NCBI GenBank assembly: GCA_963807635.1
Contig: CAWEDJ010000073.1
Coordinates: 64,001-128,000 of the forward strand
DNA: 64,000 bases
Origin: an uncultured cyanobacterium
Lineage (GTDB): Bacteria > Cyanobacteriota > Cyanobacteriia > Cyanobacteriales > Microcystaceae
Direction of reading: 5' to 3'
Part shown: in pieces, positions 10,455-21,933 of the stretch
Numbering within the stretch: the stretch's first letter is position 1
Layout of the letters: every line of letters starts with the position of its first letter
The notes under the pieces: generated by a model
Seen by the model: only the letters and a program-made list of their open reading frames with translations
The model's database searches: none
Told to the model about the DNA's origin: nothing
Made by a program: the position numbers and the translations under genes

Positions 10455-11986
10455 ATGCTGGCTAGGGTTTGGAGTGCATCCCTGATTGGGATTGAATCGG
10501 TCAAAGTGGGGGTAGAAGTGGATGTGTCAGGGGGCTTGCCTGCCATTACGGTGGTGGGTCTGCCTGATACGGCTGTCCAGGAATCGAGGGAACGGGTGAG
10601 GGCCGCGCTGAAAAATTCAGGTTTTGCTTTCCCTGTTCGTAAGATTGTCATTAATCTTACCCCTGCTGATTTACGCAAGGAAGGCCCCAGCTTTGATTTA
10701 CCCATTAGTGTGGGCGTTTTAGCGGCTTCTGAACAGGTTGATCCCCAATTGTTAGGGGATTTTTTGTTTGTGGGAGAAATGTCCTTAGATGGCAGTTTAC
10801 GGGCAGTGCCTGGGATTTTACCGATCGCGGCCAGAGCCGAAAAATTAGGGTTTACGGGAATGGTGGTTCCCTTGGATAATGCCCAGGAAGACGGCGATTG
10901 TTAAGGGAATTTCGGTTTATGGTTTTAAGCATTTGTCGGAAGTGGCTCAATTTTTGGCGAAACCCGATCGCCATCAAGCCGTCCAGTTAGACGCGATCGC
11001 CGAATCAACCAAATTTCCCTTTCCTACTCCCGATCTCAAAGATGTCAAAGGACAAAACCACGCTCGCCGTGCCTTAGAAATTGCCGCCGCAGGAGGTCAT
11101 AACCTCATTTTTGTGGGGCCACCAGGCAGTGGAAAAACCATGCTGGCCCGACGTTTACCAGGTATTTTGCCACCGCTAGGATTTGAGGAAGCCTTAGAAG
11201 TGTCAGAAATTCATTCGGTGGTAGGGTTACTCAAAAATAAGGGATCTTTAATCCGAGAACGACCGTTCCGCGCCCCCCATCATTCCGCCTCTGGCCCTTC
11301 CTTAGTCGGTGGCGGTAGTTTCCCCAGACCTGGAGAAATTTCTTTGGCCCATCGGGGAGTGTTGTTTTTAGATGAATTAACCGAATTTAAACGTAATGTG
11401 CTGGAATTTTTACGTCAGCCCCTCGAAGATGGATTTGTCAGTATTTCCCGCACCAAACAATCTGTTACCTTTCCCGCCCAGTTTACTTTAATCGCCAGCA
11501 CTAATCCCTGTCCCTGTGGTTATTTCGGTGATCCCATTCAAGCCTGTTCCTGCTCTCCCCGCCAACGGGAAATGTATTGGGCAAAATTATCAGGGCCGTT
11601 AATGGATCGCATTGATTTACAAGTGGCAGTCAATCGATTGAAACCCGAAGAGATGACTCGCCAACCCACAGGAGAAGATTCCCAAGCCATTCGCGATCGC
11701 GTTAAACAAGCTCGACAAGTTGCCCAGGAACGGTTTAAACAGGAAAAATCCATTAAATCTAATGCCGAAATGCAGTCGGGTCATCTACGCCAATTCTGTC
11801 AATTAGATGAGGACAGTCGGAGTTTATTAGAGGGAGCGATTCGCAAATTAGGATTATCAGCGAGGGCAATGGACACGGATCTTAAAAGTGTCTCGAACGA
11901 TCGCAGACTTGGCAGAAAGCGAAAAAATCCAGAGTTCTCATGTGGCTGAAGCGATTCAATATCGGACATTGGATCGAATTGCTTAA
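10455..11986 (+). CDS. comM: YifB/ComM family Mg-chelatase-like AAA+ ATPase (two apparent frameshifts)
   Basis: [38 protein letters not shown]; ends [15 protein letters not shown] in a shifted frame. Confidence 0.9.
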
Positions 11987-12585
11987 TTTTTCTCACCAAG
12001 GATCTAGAAACTTTGAAGCCAGAAAGACCCAACACGAGAGAAAAAATCCCAAGGTCTTAATACTTTCTTTAAAATCACTCCCCAGGGATATGTATTTTTA
12101 CTCATACTTTTGGCTTCCTAATATCAAGATTTTATGGTTTAAGAATAAAAACTTGCGTGTTAATACGGTTGACCCAAGGAGCTATATTCATTTCGCTTTG
12201 ACAAATTCAGTCCCGACGATTAAAAATTATGGGTATTTTTTACAAAAAACTTGGTTTTTTCGGAAAAATCCGCCTCTAATGGATACCTGACAACTCAAAA
12301 ACAGAATAGATTGATTTTTCTCTATGAACACAATAAAGTTAAGCGTTTTTACTGATTTGTCATGGGTAGGATTAACGATACAGTCTTTGTATGAGAGCTT
12401 TGTAAACTTTTGTTTTGAGTTATTGACTTTCGTTGTTCCGTATGTATCAACTCTACTCTTCTAGCACTATCCTGCTCAATCGACAATAACAGGTTTCAAC
12501 TCCATCTCATTAGTGTTTTTTGGGTAATACAGGCGACACTCTCTGTTTTCAAGTCTTGTTTAATTAACTCGTAGGCAAATAGTCC

Positions 12586-13656
12586 ATGTATCGCCAACTC
12601 TCTTTTTTCGTCTTTCGCCCCAAGACCCCTATTCTTCCTAATCGTTTTGATCAAGAAATGACTCCTTCCTTAATTTCTTTTAATCAAGTTCCCCAGGCGA
12701 CCCATCGCTTTAAGTTTTCTATGCTTCAGTATCTAACGACAGCACTCTTAAAACTAGCGCGTAATTTGGAAAGTAGGTTAAAGAGCGCGACTCCCCTTAT
12801 TTTTGAGCCTAATCTCCAGGAAGAAGCCCTTTCAGACGCGATCGCGGATTCAAAAAATCATAATTTTGCGGTGGAGTTGGGTCAAGCCCTAGAGAGAGAT
12901 GAACTTTTCCTCGATTATCAACCCCAAATTGAGCTAGAAACGGGACAATTGTTGGGGGTTGAATCTTTGGTTCGTTGGCATCATCCCCGTCTGGGGCGCA
13001 TTTCTCCTGCCGATTTTATTCCCATTGCAGAAGAAACAGGACTGATTATTCCTATGGGTTATTGGATTTTGCGTCGGGCTTGTCAGCAATATAAACAGTG
13101 GCAGTCCTTGGGAATTGCCCCGTTTAAGTTATCGGTTAATCTTTCTCTCTGTCAACTTAAAGACCCCAACCTTGTCCCCGTTATTCATTCAATTCTCACC
13201 GAAACCGAGATAAATCCCTATTATTTAGAATTCGAAATTACCGAAAGCTTCATGGCATCAAATATTTCTGCCGCGATCGCGACTTTGACCGAACTGCGGA
13301 AATTAGGAATCCAAATTGCGATCGATGACTTTGGGACAGATTATTCTTCCCTTTCGTCCTTGAAAAATCTACCCATTCAAACCCTCAAAATTGACAAATC
13401 CTTCCTGGATGATTTGTTAGTAACAAACAAAAATCAGGTCATTCTACAAAGTATTATTGAATTGGGGCATCGTCTGAAACTGCAAATAATTGCTGAAGGT
13501 ATCGAAAATGAAGGAAAACTTAAAATTCTCAAGGCAATGAATTGCGATTGTGGTCAAGGTTATTTTTTGAGCCGCCCCCTCCACCTCGAAGCCCTGATTC
13601 ACTATTTTCGACAAGTCAAATTAGGCATTCATCTACCGCAACTTCTTTTTTCTTAG
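12586..13656 (+). CDS. EAL domain protein (putative c-di-GMP phosphodiesterase, no GGDEF)
   Basis: YQPQI, ESLVRW, SVNLS, EITES, DDFGTDYSSL, KIDKSF, AEGIE, GQGY. Confidence 0.9.
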   Translation: MYRQLSFFVFRPKTPILPNRFDQEMTPSLISFNQVPQATHRFKFSMLQYLTTALLKLARNLESRLKSATPLIFEPNLQEEALSDAIADSKNHNFAVELGQALERDELFLDYQPQIELETGQLLGVESLVRWHHPRLGRISPADFIPIAEETGLIIPMGYWILRRACQQYKQWQSLGIAPFKLSVNLSLCQLKDPNLVPVIHSILTETEINPYYLEFEITESFMASNISAAIATLTELRKLGIQIAIDDFGTDYSSLSSLKNLPIQTLKIDKSFLDDLLVTNKNQVILQSIIELGHRLKLQIIAEGIENEGKLKILKAMNCDCGQGYFLSRPLHLEALIHYFRQVKLGIHLPQLLFS

Positions 13657-13754
13657 AATAATCAATGGTTGATTTTTTTTGAAAAGGTTAATTACTACTG
13701 ATTAGGGTAATATCTATCGTTATAAAATAAGCAAAAAAAAGTTATAATCAGATC

Positions 13755-14879
13755 ATGAACACCACTGCGCTCACTCCTCGTTTTTCTGGACAAGCTATTC
13801 CCTCGACCCTCCTCAATGATCTAGTTAATCGCCAAGCAACAGGGAAATTAACCGTTCAGAATCCCTTTGATGAACTAGTGACCTGGCAGGTTTATTTGGG
13901 AAATGGCAAAATTCACTTTGCAAATAGTGCCACTGGCCCCGAAGAAAGACTTAACTATTTGATAGGCAGTCATCTTAATCAGAGAAAAATCACACTCCCC
14001 CCAAAGATTAATAATGATTATGATTACCTCTGTGAACTCTGGAAAAAAGAAATCTTTTCCTTCCAACAAACTCGCTCGATCCTGACCCAATTTACCCAGG
14101 AAGCTTTAGTTCAAATTCTTTCCTTACCTAAAACAAATTGTAATTTTAATAAAAACGATAATCTACATCATTTATTTTTGAATTTAGACTTCCAGAAATC
14201 GATCACTCCCCTCAAACATAAAATTCGTTGCTGGTGGGAACTAAAGTCAGAAATTAATTCTCCCTTTCAACGTCCCCTGGTCGAAAATTGGGATAAATTC
14301 AACCGAACTTTAGTTAAAGCCGAACTACGTGGACACAATTTACTGAAGGGATTCCGTCAATGTATGGAAAATCTTGATTGTCTCTACGGTATTGCCAGTT
14401 ATACCCAATTGAGTACCCTACAGTTGGCTCTGCTGATGCGCCCTTTGATTAAATCAGGGGAAATAAAAATGTTGTCCTATCAGGAGATTGAAACCGATAA
14501 TCGTCCCCTGGTGGTCTGTGTTAATGATCGCCCAGCGATGCAGAGAATCCTCCAATATACTTTGGATGCGGGGGGGTTTCGATCATTACAATTAGAAGAT
14601 CCATTCAAAGCATTGTCAATTTTATTAGCACAAAAACCCAAGGCGATTCTTTTGGATGCAGACATGGAGAATATTAGCGGTTATCAACTTTGTTCACTGT
14701 GTCGTAAGTCGGGAGCATTGAATGAGGTTCCTATCTTTATTTTGGGAGAAAAAAATGGCATTACCGAGCAGATTAGGGCGAAATTATCGGGAGCATCGGG
14801 CTATGTTAGTAAGCCTTTTTTACCGAATGAATTACTGAAGTTAATTGATCCTTCTCTAAAACTTGCGATGACGGCCTAA
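13755..14879 (+). CDS. PatA-family response regulator (PATAN + REC)
   Basis: N-terminal TGKL...WQVYL..GKIHFA...ERL PATAN-like domain; C-terminal REC with ILLDADM and YVSKPF. Confidence 0.85.
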   Translation: MNTTALTPRFSGQAIPSTLLNDLVNRQATGKLTVQNPFDELVTWQVYLGNGKIHFANSATGPEERLNYLIGSHLNQRKITLPPKINNDYDYLCELWKKEIFSFQQTRSILTQFTQEALVQILSLPKTNCNFNKNDNLHHLFLNLDFQKSITPLKHKIRCWWELKSEINSPFQRPLVENWDKFNRTLVKAELRGHNLLKGFRQCMENLDCLYGIASYTQLSTLQLALLMRPLIKSGEIKMLSYQEIETDNRPLVVCVNDRPAMQRILQYTLDAGGFRSLQLEDPFKALSILLAQKPKAILLDADMENISGYQLCSLCRKSGALNEVPIFILGEKNGITEQIRAKLSGASGYVSKPFLPNELLKLIDPSLKLAMTA

Positions 14880-16002
14880 TCTTTGTCTTCATTTAATATT
14901 TTTTGACTCAATCTTTCTCCTTGTTGACTCCGAACCAGGATTTGGCGATCGCGGTCAAATAAAACAGATCCCACCTGAATAGATTTTGCTGTGTGTTCAT
15001 AAATATATCGTTGAGAACGAAAATCAATCGTGTCGGCGATCGATTGGTAGATTTGCTTGACCCAATTTTGCTTGAGTTCCTGATCCCATAGACGTAATTT
15101 TGTTAACGCCATTTCTGTGGTTTCACAAACCAAAAGTTGCTGAAGATAGGGAGTTGATAATCCAATTTTTACTGCTTGGGCAGTGAGGATTTCTAGACGA
15201 GCATCCGCTAAATGATGGTGAGTATGAAAAATTCCCCCTGCTAATTTAATTAATTTACCGTGATAACCAAAGAGCAAAATCTGATTAATTTCCGTTAACG
15301 CCGCCGCGACTAATAAAAGGCCCTAACCAATTCGCCGTTTTCATCAATTGAGCAGGATTAATCCCCCATTGACGGGATAAATCTAAACCATTTTCACCGA
15401 CACAAAAAACTAAACAATCAAATTCTTTTGCTTTTTGCGATCAACTCATTTTGAAAAGTTTCTAATTGCTGGGGCGCACTCAAAGGTTGAGAAATCCCCG
15501 TTGTTCCTAATAATGACAAGCCTTCAACCACTCCAAAAGCCACATTAGAAGTTCTTTCGGCTAAAGCTTTTCCTTCTGGCAAAATAAGGGTGACTAAAAT
15601 CGTTTCTGATGGTCTTAAAAAAGGTTCCAGATTCCCTTGAAATAACTGTTGTGCATAATAATAAATTGCCGCTTGACCGTCTTGATGGAGCTTTTTTCCA
15701 ATGCCTTCACCGCCTTCAATGATGACTTGAGAAAGGCCCTCTTTGAGTTCTACTAAGGCCCAAATCGGGGTATCACGAGTTAAATCTAAGTTATCGCCTG
15801 GATCACTGCGAGTAATCGCCAAAGCTTTTTGTTTCTCTAATTTCGCAACCTGTTTGATCGCGATTTCCACGATTTCAGCAGGTTCTAATAGGTTGACTTT
15901 CACAGACGAAATCAAAGAATTTTCCCTTAAATGACGTAGAGCCGCGATCGCAGAAGCACAGGCAAAAACGGGGAGAGTATAACCAGAACGAGCTTGAGGC
16001 AT
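14876..16002 (-). CDS. cbiD: Cobalt-precorrin-5B C1-methyltransferase (apparent frameshifts near 15320-15420)
   Basis: RSGYTLPVFACA, SDPGDNLDLT, GLSLLGTTGI, GYHGKLIKLAGGIFHTHHH. Confidence 0.92.
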
Positions 16003-16014
16003 GGGAGACGGGGA

Positions 16015-16542
16015 TTATGGGGACTTTAATTGGGCAATTTCAGCTTTTTGTCGTTCGATTATTGCTTTTAGAGTTTGATTTTCTTGTTGTAATCCTTGAT
16101 TTTTGCGGATTAATTCCTGTCTGAGTTGTTCCTGTTTTTTCTCTTGCCGACGACGATCGCCAATATCCTGGAAAGTTGCGATCGCAAAAATAATTTTTCC
16201 CTGATCATCATAAATAGGAACCGCCGAAAATTCTAAAGGAATAATCTGTCCGCCCTGATGAATTTCCATATCCTCAATGGTTGTTGATTCCCCCTGTAAC
16301 GCCCTAATTAAGGGATTGTCGGTGATGGGATAAAACTGATTGGTCTCCACTTGATAGGATTGATAAATCACATTCAGTTGATCAATGGTCGCCCAAGATA
16401 AAACCCCTTTGCCTAAAATATCTAACGCCTTCCGATTGGCATAATAGGGATGCCCTTCAGCATCAATAATAAAAATACCGATGGGGCAAATTTCTAAAAA
16501 TTGTTTAAACTGCATCGGTAGAGGCAATAACTGAGCGGCCAT
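16015..16542 (-). CDS. PAS domain protein with C-terminal coiled coil
   Basis: PIGIFIID..G...YAN, P..RALQGE, PIYD..G......FQDI followed by a Q/E/K-rich helix. Confidence 0.8.
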   Translation of the reverse strand: MAAQLLPLPMQFKQFLEICPIGIFIIDAEGHPYYANRKALDILGKGVLSWATIDQLNVIYQSYQVETNQFYPITDNPLIRALQGESTTIEDMEIHQGGQIIPLEFSAVPIYDDQGKIIFAIATFQDIGDRRRQEKKQEQLRQELIRKNQGLQQENQTLKAIIERQKAEIAQLKSP

Positions 16543-16615
16543 TCTGATGGTTGATTTCTGTAAAATTTCAATCGTTTAATTTTCCGCGATCGCCGTGCAA
16601 GTTCGATCCATCACA

Positions 16616-17263
16616 TCAGCGCAAAAAGCTACTAGCGATCCAAAAGAACAGAAAAACAACAAAACAAGCAACTTGTTCCGATGCCAGTCCAAACATCAGC
16701 CCTGAAGCCCCCAAAAGACCTGCTAAACCCGTTCCCAAGGCAACTCCTAACAACAGGGCAACTAAGGTGATCAAAAAAGCACGGCCAATTTTTCTCTCTT
16801 TGCGATTAATAAAGTAAATCGTAATAAAAACGCCGATGACTAATAACAACGAACTAAAAGATCCCGTTGTATCTTTATTAAAGGCACTAATGGCTCCTAA
16901 GACCCCAAAAATCCCTGCGGGTAACAAAATATCATTGCGAGAGGGAGTATCAACCAATTGCTGAATCCAGGCGGGAGAATTCGACATATTGATCGACGGT
17001 AAAGACGGCGGCTTCTCAACCATCCGTTCAGGAAAGCGAATAACATCGGGAACCTTAATTTTGCCCTCTTGCCGTAACTTCAAACGATCCATCAAAATAG
17101 CATCGTAGGCAGATTCGACAATTTCCAAGGCACGGTTATCTCCCTGATATTTTTGGCTTAGCCGACTTTTAACCGCCTGAATCTCATCAAAGGAAGAATC
17201 TTCCGTCACTCCAAGGGTTTGATAGGGAGTCTGTTCACTCATTTTTTGTATCTCCTCTGACAT
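16616..17263 (-). CDS. CPP1-like (DUF3353) J-like membrane protein
   Basis: PYQTLGV...SFDEIQ...AYDAILMDRLKLRQEGKIKVP..IRFPE plus three hydrophobic segments. Confidence 0.85.
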   Translation of the reverse strand: MSEEIQKMSEQTPYQTLGVTEDSSFDEIQAVKSRLSQKYQGDNRALEIVESAYDAILMDRLKLRQEGKIKVPDVIRFPERMVEKPPSLPSINMSNSPAWIQQLVDTPSRNDILLPAGIFGVLGAISAFNKDTTGSFSSLLLVIGVFITIYFINRKERKIGRAFLITLVALLLGVALGTGLAGLLGASGLMFGLASEQVACFVVFLFFWIASSFLR

Positions 17264-17365
17264 TGCTACTCTCTGCCACAGCACTATGCTTAAAATATTA
17301 TGCTTTATCTTCGTAGTTTAGCAGATTGATCACCCAAATGTCAGACCATTTTTCCAGAAAATTTG

Positions 17366-17399
17366 AAAAAAATAAAGGGGGTAAATCCTCCCCCCCTTT
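17366..17399 (-). terminator. Probable intrinsic terminator downstream of glgC
   Basis: AAAGGGGG...CCCCCTTT stem followed by a T-tract on the minus strand. Confidence 0.55.
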
Positions 17400-17423
17400 C
17401 AGTGAATTTCGGTAACCAGTAAA

Positions 17424-18714
17424 TTAAATCACCATCCCATCGGGAATTATTCTGTTTTTAATGACCACCACAATGCCGCTACGGATATAGAAACCCTCGT
17501 CTTCTCGGTTCGCTTCCTGGACATTCTCTTTGTTAATAATCATCACATTTTTGCCAATACGAGCATTTTTGTCAACAATGGCTCGACGGATAGTTGTACC
17601 CGCCCCAATACCGACAGGAACGCCACTTTGCTTGAGATTAGATTCCCTTTCTACCGCAGATTCATAGAAATCAGACCCCATTAGTAAGGAATCCTCAATG
17701 GTACAACCTGATTCAATCCGACTACGAATTCCTAAAACCGAGTGATGAATACGGCACGCTTTGAGGATACAGCCTTCTCCAATCATCGATTCGGTGATAT
17801 TACAATCCAAAATCTTTGAAGGGGGAAGATAGCGTCCACGAGTGTAAATGGGAGCTTTTTCATCATAAAAGCTAAAGGGTGGCTGGGGTTGCTTGGTTAG
17901 GGCTAAATTTGCGTCATAGAAGGCTTCAATCGTTCCGATGTCTTCCCAATAGTCGGCAAAAAGATAGGCTTGCAGGTTGTAATCCTTCGCAGAAGCGGGA
18001 ATAATTTCTTTCCCAAAGTCAGTATGTTCCAGATTGGCTTGGAGTAAATTGGCTAAAATTTCTTTTTTAAAAACATAAATCCCCATTGAAGCAATGTAGG
18101 GATTTTCCTTGGCAACATCTGGGGTTAGGCCCAGAACGGTTGTATCTACCTGCATCTGTTTCAACGCTTCACCAGAGGGTTTTTCTGCAAAATCAATTAC
18201 TCTTCCTTGGCTATCAATTTTCATTAACCCCAATTCGGGGGCTTTTTTTTCATTGACAGGAACAACGGATAGGGTAATGTCTGCGTTGGTTTCCCGATGT
18301 CGTCGGACAAATTGGCTATAATCCATCCGATAAAGATGATCTCCTGACAAAATCAGGTATTCATCCACATCCCATTCCATAAATAGCGATAGGTATTGAC
18401 GGACTGCATCGGCTGTTCCTTGGAACCATTGGGGATTTTCGGCCGTTTGCTGGGCCGCTAAAACTTCGACAAATCCTTCCTGAAAGGCAGAAAAATTGTA
18501 GGTCTGGGGCAAAGTGACGATTAAGGGAAGCCGAGTTAAATTGGGTCAGGGCATAAATTTTAACGATTTCTGAATTAATACAATTGCTGACGGGAATATC
18601 AATTAGACGATATTTGCCCGCTAGGGGAACAGCGGGTTTGGCTCTGAGCTTGGTTAGGGGATAAAGACGGGTTCCCGCTCCGCCGCCGAGAATAATAGCT
18701 AAAACTCTTTTCAA
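17424..18714 (-). CDS. glgC: Glucose-1-phosphate adenylyltransferase (apparent frameshift near 18510)
   Basis: [43 protein letters not shown]. Confidence 0.97.
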
Positions 18715-18881
18715 AATAAGACCTCACGACTGCCTATAACACCTCTCAAGTAAAGTTTAGGACTGTGGGGGACATCTGGAAAGCAAGAGGTCGTAGAAAA
18801 CTTCAAAAAGTTTATGAAATGGCCACAGGCTTTGCTAATCGGGAAACAAATAGTTACAAAAATAGGTCTACGCTCTAGATC

Positions 18882-20331
18882 TTGAAAATGTCTTCAAAAA
18901 TTTTCTATTTTATTGATTTTTCTTGTTATGCGTCGTTTTGGCCTCTTGCAGTGTTTTTGAGTCTATTGATTTTTCCCCAGGGCATTTCGGCGGCTCCCCT
19001 TCCGAGTTCCCAGGATTGTTCTTGGCTTGCCCAAGGCACGAATAGGCAATCCTTTGGTACCAATGGGCAATCGGGTAAAATGGGAGAAAATGGAGCGAAT
19101 GGAGCCAATAGTGATAATTTAACGATTTTTGCTGATGGAACGCCTTTGACTTTAAATTTAGCGGGAAAAAATGGTGAAGATGGTAAACCTGGCGAAATGC
19201 GATCGCGGCTAATTGTGGGAATCAACCCAGTAATGTCAGGATACGGATCTGGTAGCTCCCGATGGGGGAAATGGGGGAAATGGCGGTAACGGTGGTGATG
19301 GGGGAAATGGCGGATCTATCAGTATTTATTCCACGAATCCTGCGCAATTACGGCAAATAGTGGTCAATTCGGCGGGCGGAAAAGGGGGACAGATGGGGCC
19401 AGGCGGTAATGCGGGTGAAGGCTGTAATTGTACGAAACCTTACTGGACGGTGGAAACCTGTTCGGGCGATCGCGGAGCCTCGGATTATCGCTGTACGACC
19501 AAGGAATTTCGCTGTTATAACGGTCGTAATGGGGTGAGGGGAAATGCAGGTCTAACGGGGCGAGACGGCTTTCCAGGGCGATTAACCCTACTGAATCTCA
19601 ATAAACCGCTAGAGCCAGACAAACCGACCGCATCGGTGACGATGGCAATGATGAAAGATCAGGGTGTGGTTTTATCCCGTAATCGTTGGGAAACTCGCCA
19701 GGGTGCTAGGGACTTGTTAGCTCCTGGGTCGGTGATTGAGGATCAGTATGAAGCTCTGACGGAAAGACTCGAACGTTCTTTTCTCCTGATTTGGAATGCA
19801 CCCCAACCTTTTAATCGTTTTGCGGATAAGAATTTCACCTTGAGTCTGGATGATCAACAGGAAATTAAGGTCGGTTTGCCCTCGGATGTTTGGATTGAGG
19901 GAACGACTCAGAAACGCAATGAGGTAACGGAATTTCTGGTTTACAATGCGATTTTATTGGGTGATGTGACTCGTTTAGAAGAGAGTTCTCTAACGGGAAA
20001 TGGTAGAAATCTAAAGTTAGTCCTAGTGGATAAGGCAAATCAATCTAATCTCATTCAACCAAATTTAGTCAAATACAATATTACTCGTTTTGATCCCCGT
20101 TTTCGTCCTGTTTCCGATTATTTAACGAAGTATTTGGGGGTTATTCCCGATGAATTGGTCAAGTTAAATGGCGATCGCTTTACCTTAGATTTAGGTCAAT
20201 TACCAATTGAGGAAGAGTATTTAAAGCAGGGGTTAGGAATCGAAGTAGAGATTGTCGCAACGCGCACTTTTTCGGGTTATTCAGCCACTCAAAAAATTGT
20301 AGTTCGAGATATTATTGGTTCTTTTCGTTAA
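18882..20331 (+). CDS. Secreted collagen-like (Gly-X-Y repeat) protein with Cys-rich insert (apparent frameshift near 19200-19250)
   Basis: Signal-peptide-like N-terminus, repeated G-X-X-G-X-X runs, CNC...C...C...C segment, globular C-terminus. Confidence 0.7.
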
Positions 20332-20679
20332 TTCTACCCTTGAATTGGGGATTGATTTTCGGGGCGTTGCTGAATCAAAGTATGAATGTCAATTTTGCAC
20401 ATATCCAAAAGTCAGTTTGAGTCTAGGTTTTAAAAATCCCATAAAAGAAGATTCATATCTCAAATCAGCAACGTCATTTTCGGCAGTTCGGGCTTATTTT
20501 TCCTCCAGGGTTTTTATCTCTTCGATTTACCCCAGTGGCCTTTCCGAGTCATGGGTAATTCATTTCCTGAACTTTGGTTATTGGGGGCGGGTACAATTTC
20601 CCAGGTCTTTTTCAGGAGTCAATACCCTATTCTGTATTTTTCTAGCTTGGTTAGCCACTAAAGGAGAGCAACGGTTGGT

Positions 20680-20904
20680 ATGGCGATTACTGCGATTGGC
20701 AAAATAGAAAAAAAAGGTTTTGGTTTTGGGCTTTGGGCTTTAATTTCCCAGGATGGTAAAACCTACGAATTGCAAAATCCTCCGCCAGAATCGTGTCAAG
20801 CTCACGCCAAGGTCAAGATTGAAGGCACGATCCAAGAAGGGGTGATGACTCTCGCGATGATTGGCTCCGTTTTGGCAATAGAAAGCTATGAAATATTATC
20901 TTGA
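20680..20904 (+). CDS. Small hypothetical protein, probable beta-barrel/OB-like fold
   Basis: ATG start, G.I.K.G.G.G.WAL....G.TYEL pattern, plausible composition. Confidence 0.6.
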   Translation: MAITAIGKIEKKGFGFGLWALISQDGKTYELQNPPPESCQAHAKVKIEGTIQEGVMTLAMIGSVLAIESYEILS

Positions 20905-20919
20905 ATATTATGTTTTTCT

Positions 20920-21070
20920 GTAGGGACATAATACCATTATGTCCTGATCTTCATGGATAATAATAAATTCTGAATAGTTAAATCATCTTTTTATTCACAA
21001 TACTATTATGCCCTGATATTACGTCTTGTTTTCGTTGGAACTTAAGGACATAACACTGTTATGTCCCTAC
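20920..21070. repeat. Inverted REP pair (REPIN/BIME-like) downstream of the RAYT gene
   Basis: GTAGGGACATAATACCATTATGTCCTG at 20920-20946 and inverted AAGGACATAACACTGTTATGTCCCTAC at 21044-21070; degenerate half copy near 21000. Confidence 0.85.
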
Positions 21071-21087
21071 GGAAAATGCGCTCGCGT

Positions 21088-21655
21088 TCAAAAAAGTAAG
21101 TCTAATAAAATATCGGGTTGATATTGATCAATTGTAGGATTTTCTTCATCGATATCCCAATTTAACGGATTATTAATAATATAACTTCTAATATTGACCA
21201 ACGCCTTTTCATCTCGAATAATTTGCTCATAATATCGACCTTGCCAAACTACAGATAAGCCTTTTGTATTACAGATTTTATTGATTTTTTTTGTGACAAT
21301 CGCTTTATAGGAACGAACGATACTAGAAATTGAACCTATAACAATATCACCAAATTTCCTATTTTTATTATCGCGTTGCGGAAGATTCAATAATCCACAA
21401 TATTCCGTGTAGATGATTGGGCATAATTGTATAAGTATCTAGGGCTACATTCGGAAAATGTTCAGGAATTTCTTGCCAATATTTATCTGCGATAGAACCC
21501 AGGGAATCGAATCGCATTTTTCCGTTTTTGATGTCCCCAAATATACATTGTTTTTGTTTGGTGCAAATTGTAATAAAATATGCTCCTGCTTGGCTGTAAT
21601 TGTAATTTTTTAAACGAATAGTTTGACGATGGTGTATCTCTGGATTGTAGGGCAT
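21088..21655 (-). mobile_element. REP-associated tyrosine transposase (RAYT/TnpA-REP, HUH Y1), apparent frameshift near 21380
   Basis: R..IRL..Y.YSQAGAYFITIC, MPNHLHGI (HUH), WQ.RYYE.IIR, YI.NNP..W; flanked by REPs on both sides. Confidence 0.88.
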
Positions 21656-21693
21656 GGTTAAATCATGGTTTTTCTATAATCTTCACATTTCTC

Positions 21694-21871
21694 GTAGGGA
21701 CATAACACTGTTATGTCCTAATCTTATTGGGTGATAAAAGATTCAGAACTGTTAAATCATGTTTTTACCCACCCCTATTATTATGTCCTGATTTATATGA
21801 TCGGTTTGGGTTTTTATTGGGTTTTCTGTCGGCGATTGGGGGTTAAGGACATAATAGTGTTATGTCCCTAC
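21694..21871. repeat. Inverted REP pair upstream of the RAYT gene
   Basis: GTAGGGACATAACACTGTTATGTCCTA at 21694-21720 and inverted AGGACATAATAGTGTTATGTCCCTAC ending 21871; degenerate half copy near 21780. Confidence 0.85.
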
Positions 21872-21933
21872 AGGAGGGAAAAAGTTAAAAACGATAGAAA
21901 ATCCAGAAAACTTATAGTCTTGATGATATTAAG

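Noticed and set aside
11940..12585. ORF 11940-12290 or a c-di-GMP riboswitch upstream of the EAL gene
   Set aside because: The ORF overlaps the true comM end and has no motif; I could not find riboswitch consensus elements by eye.
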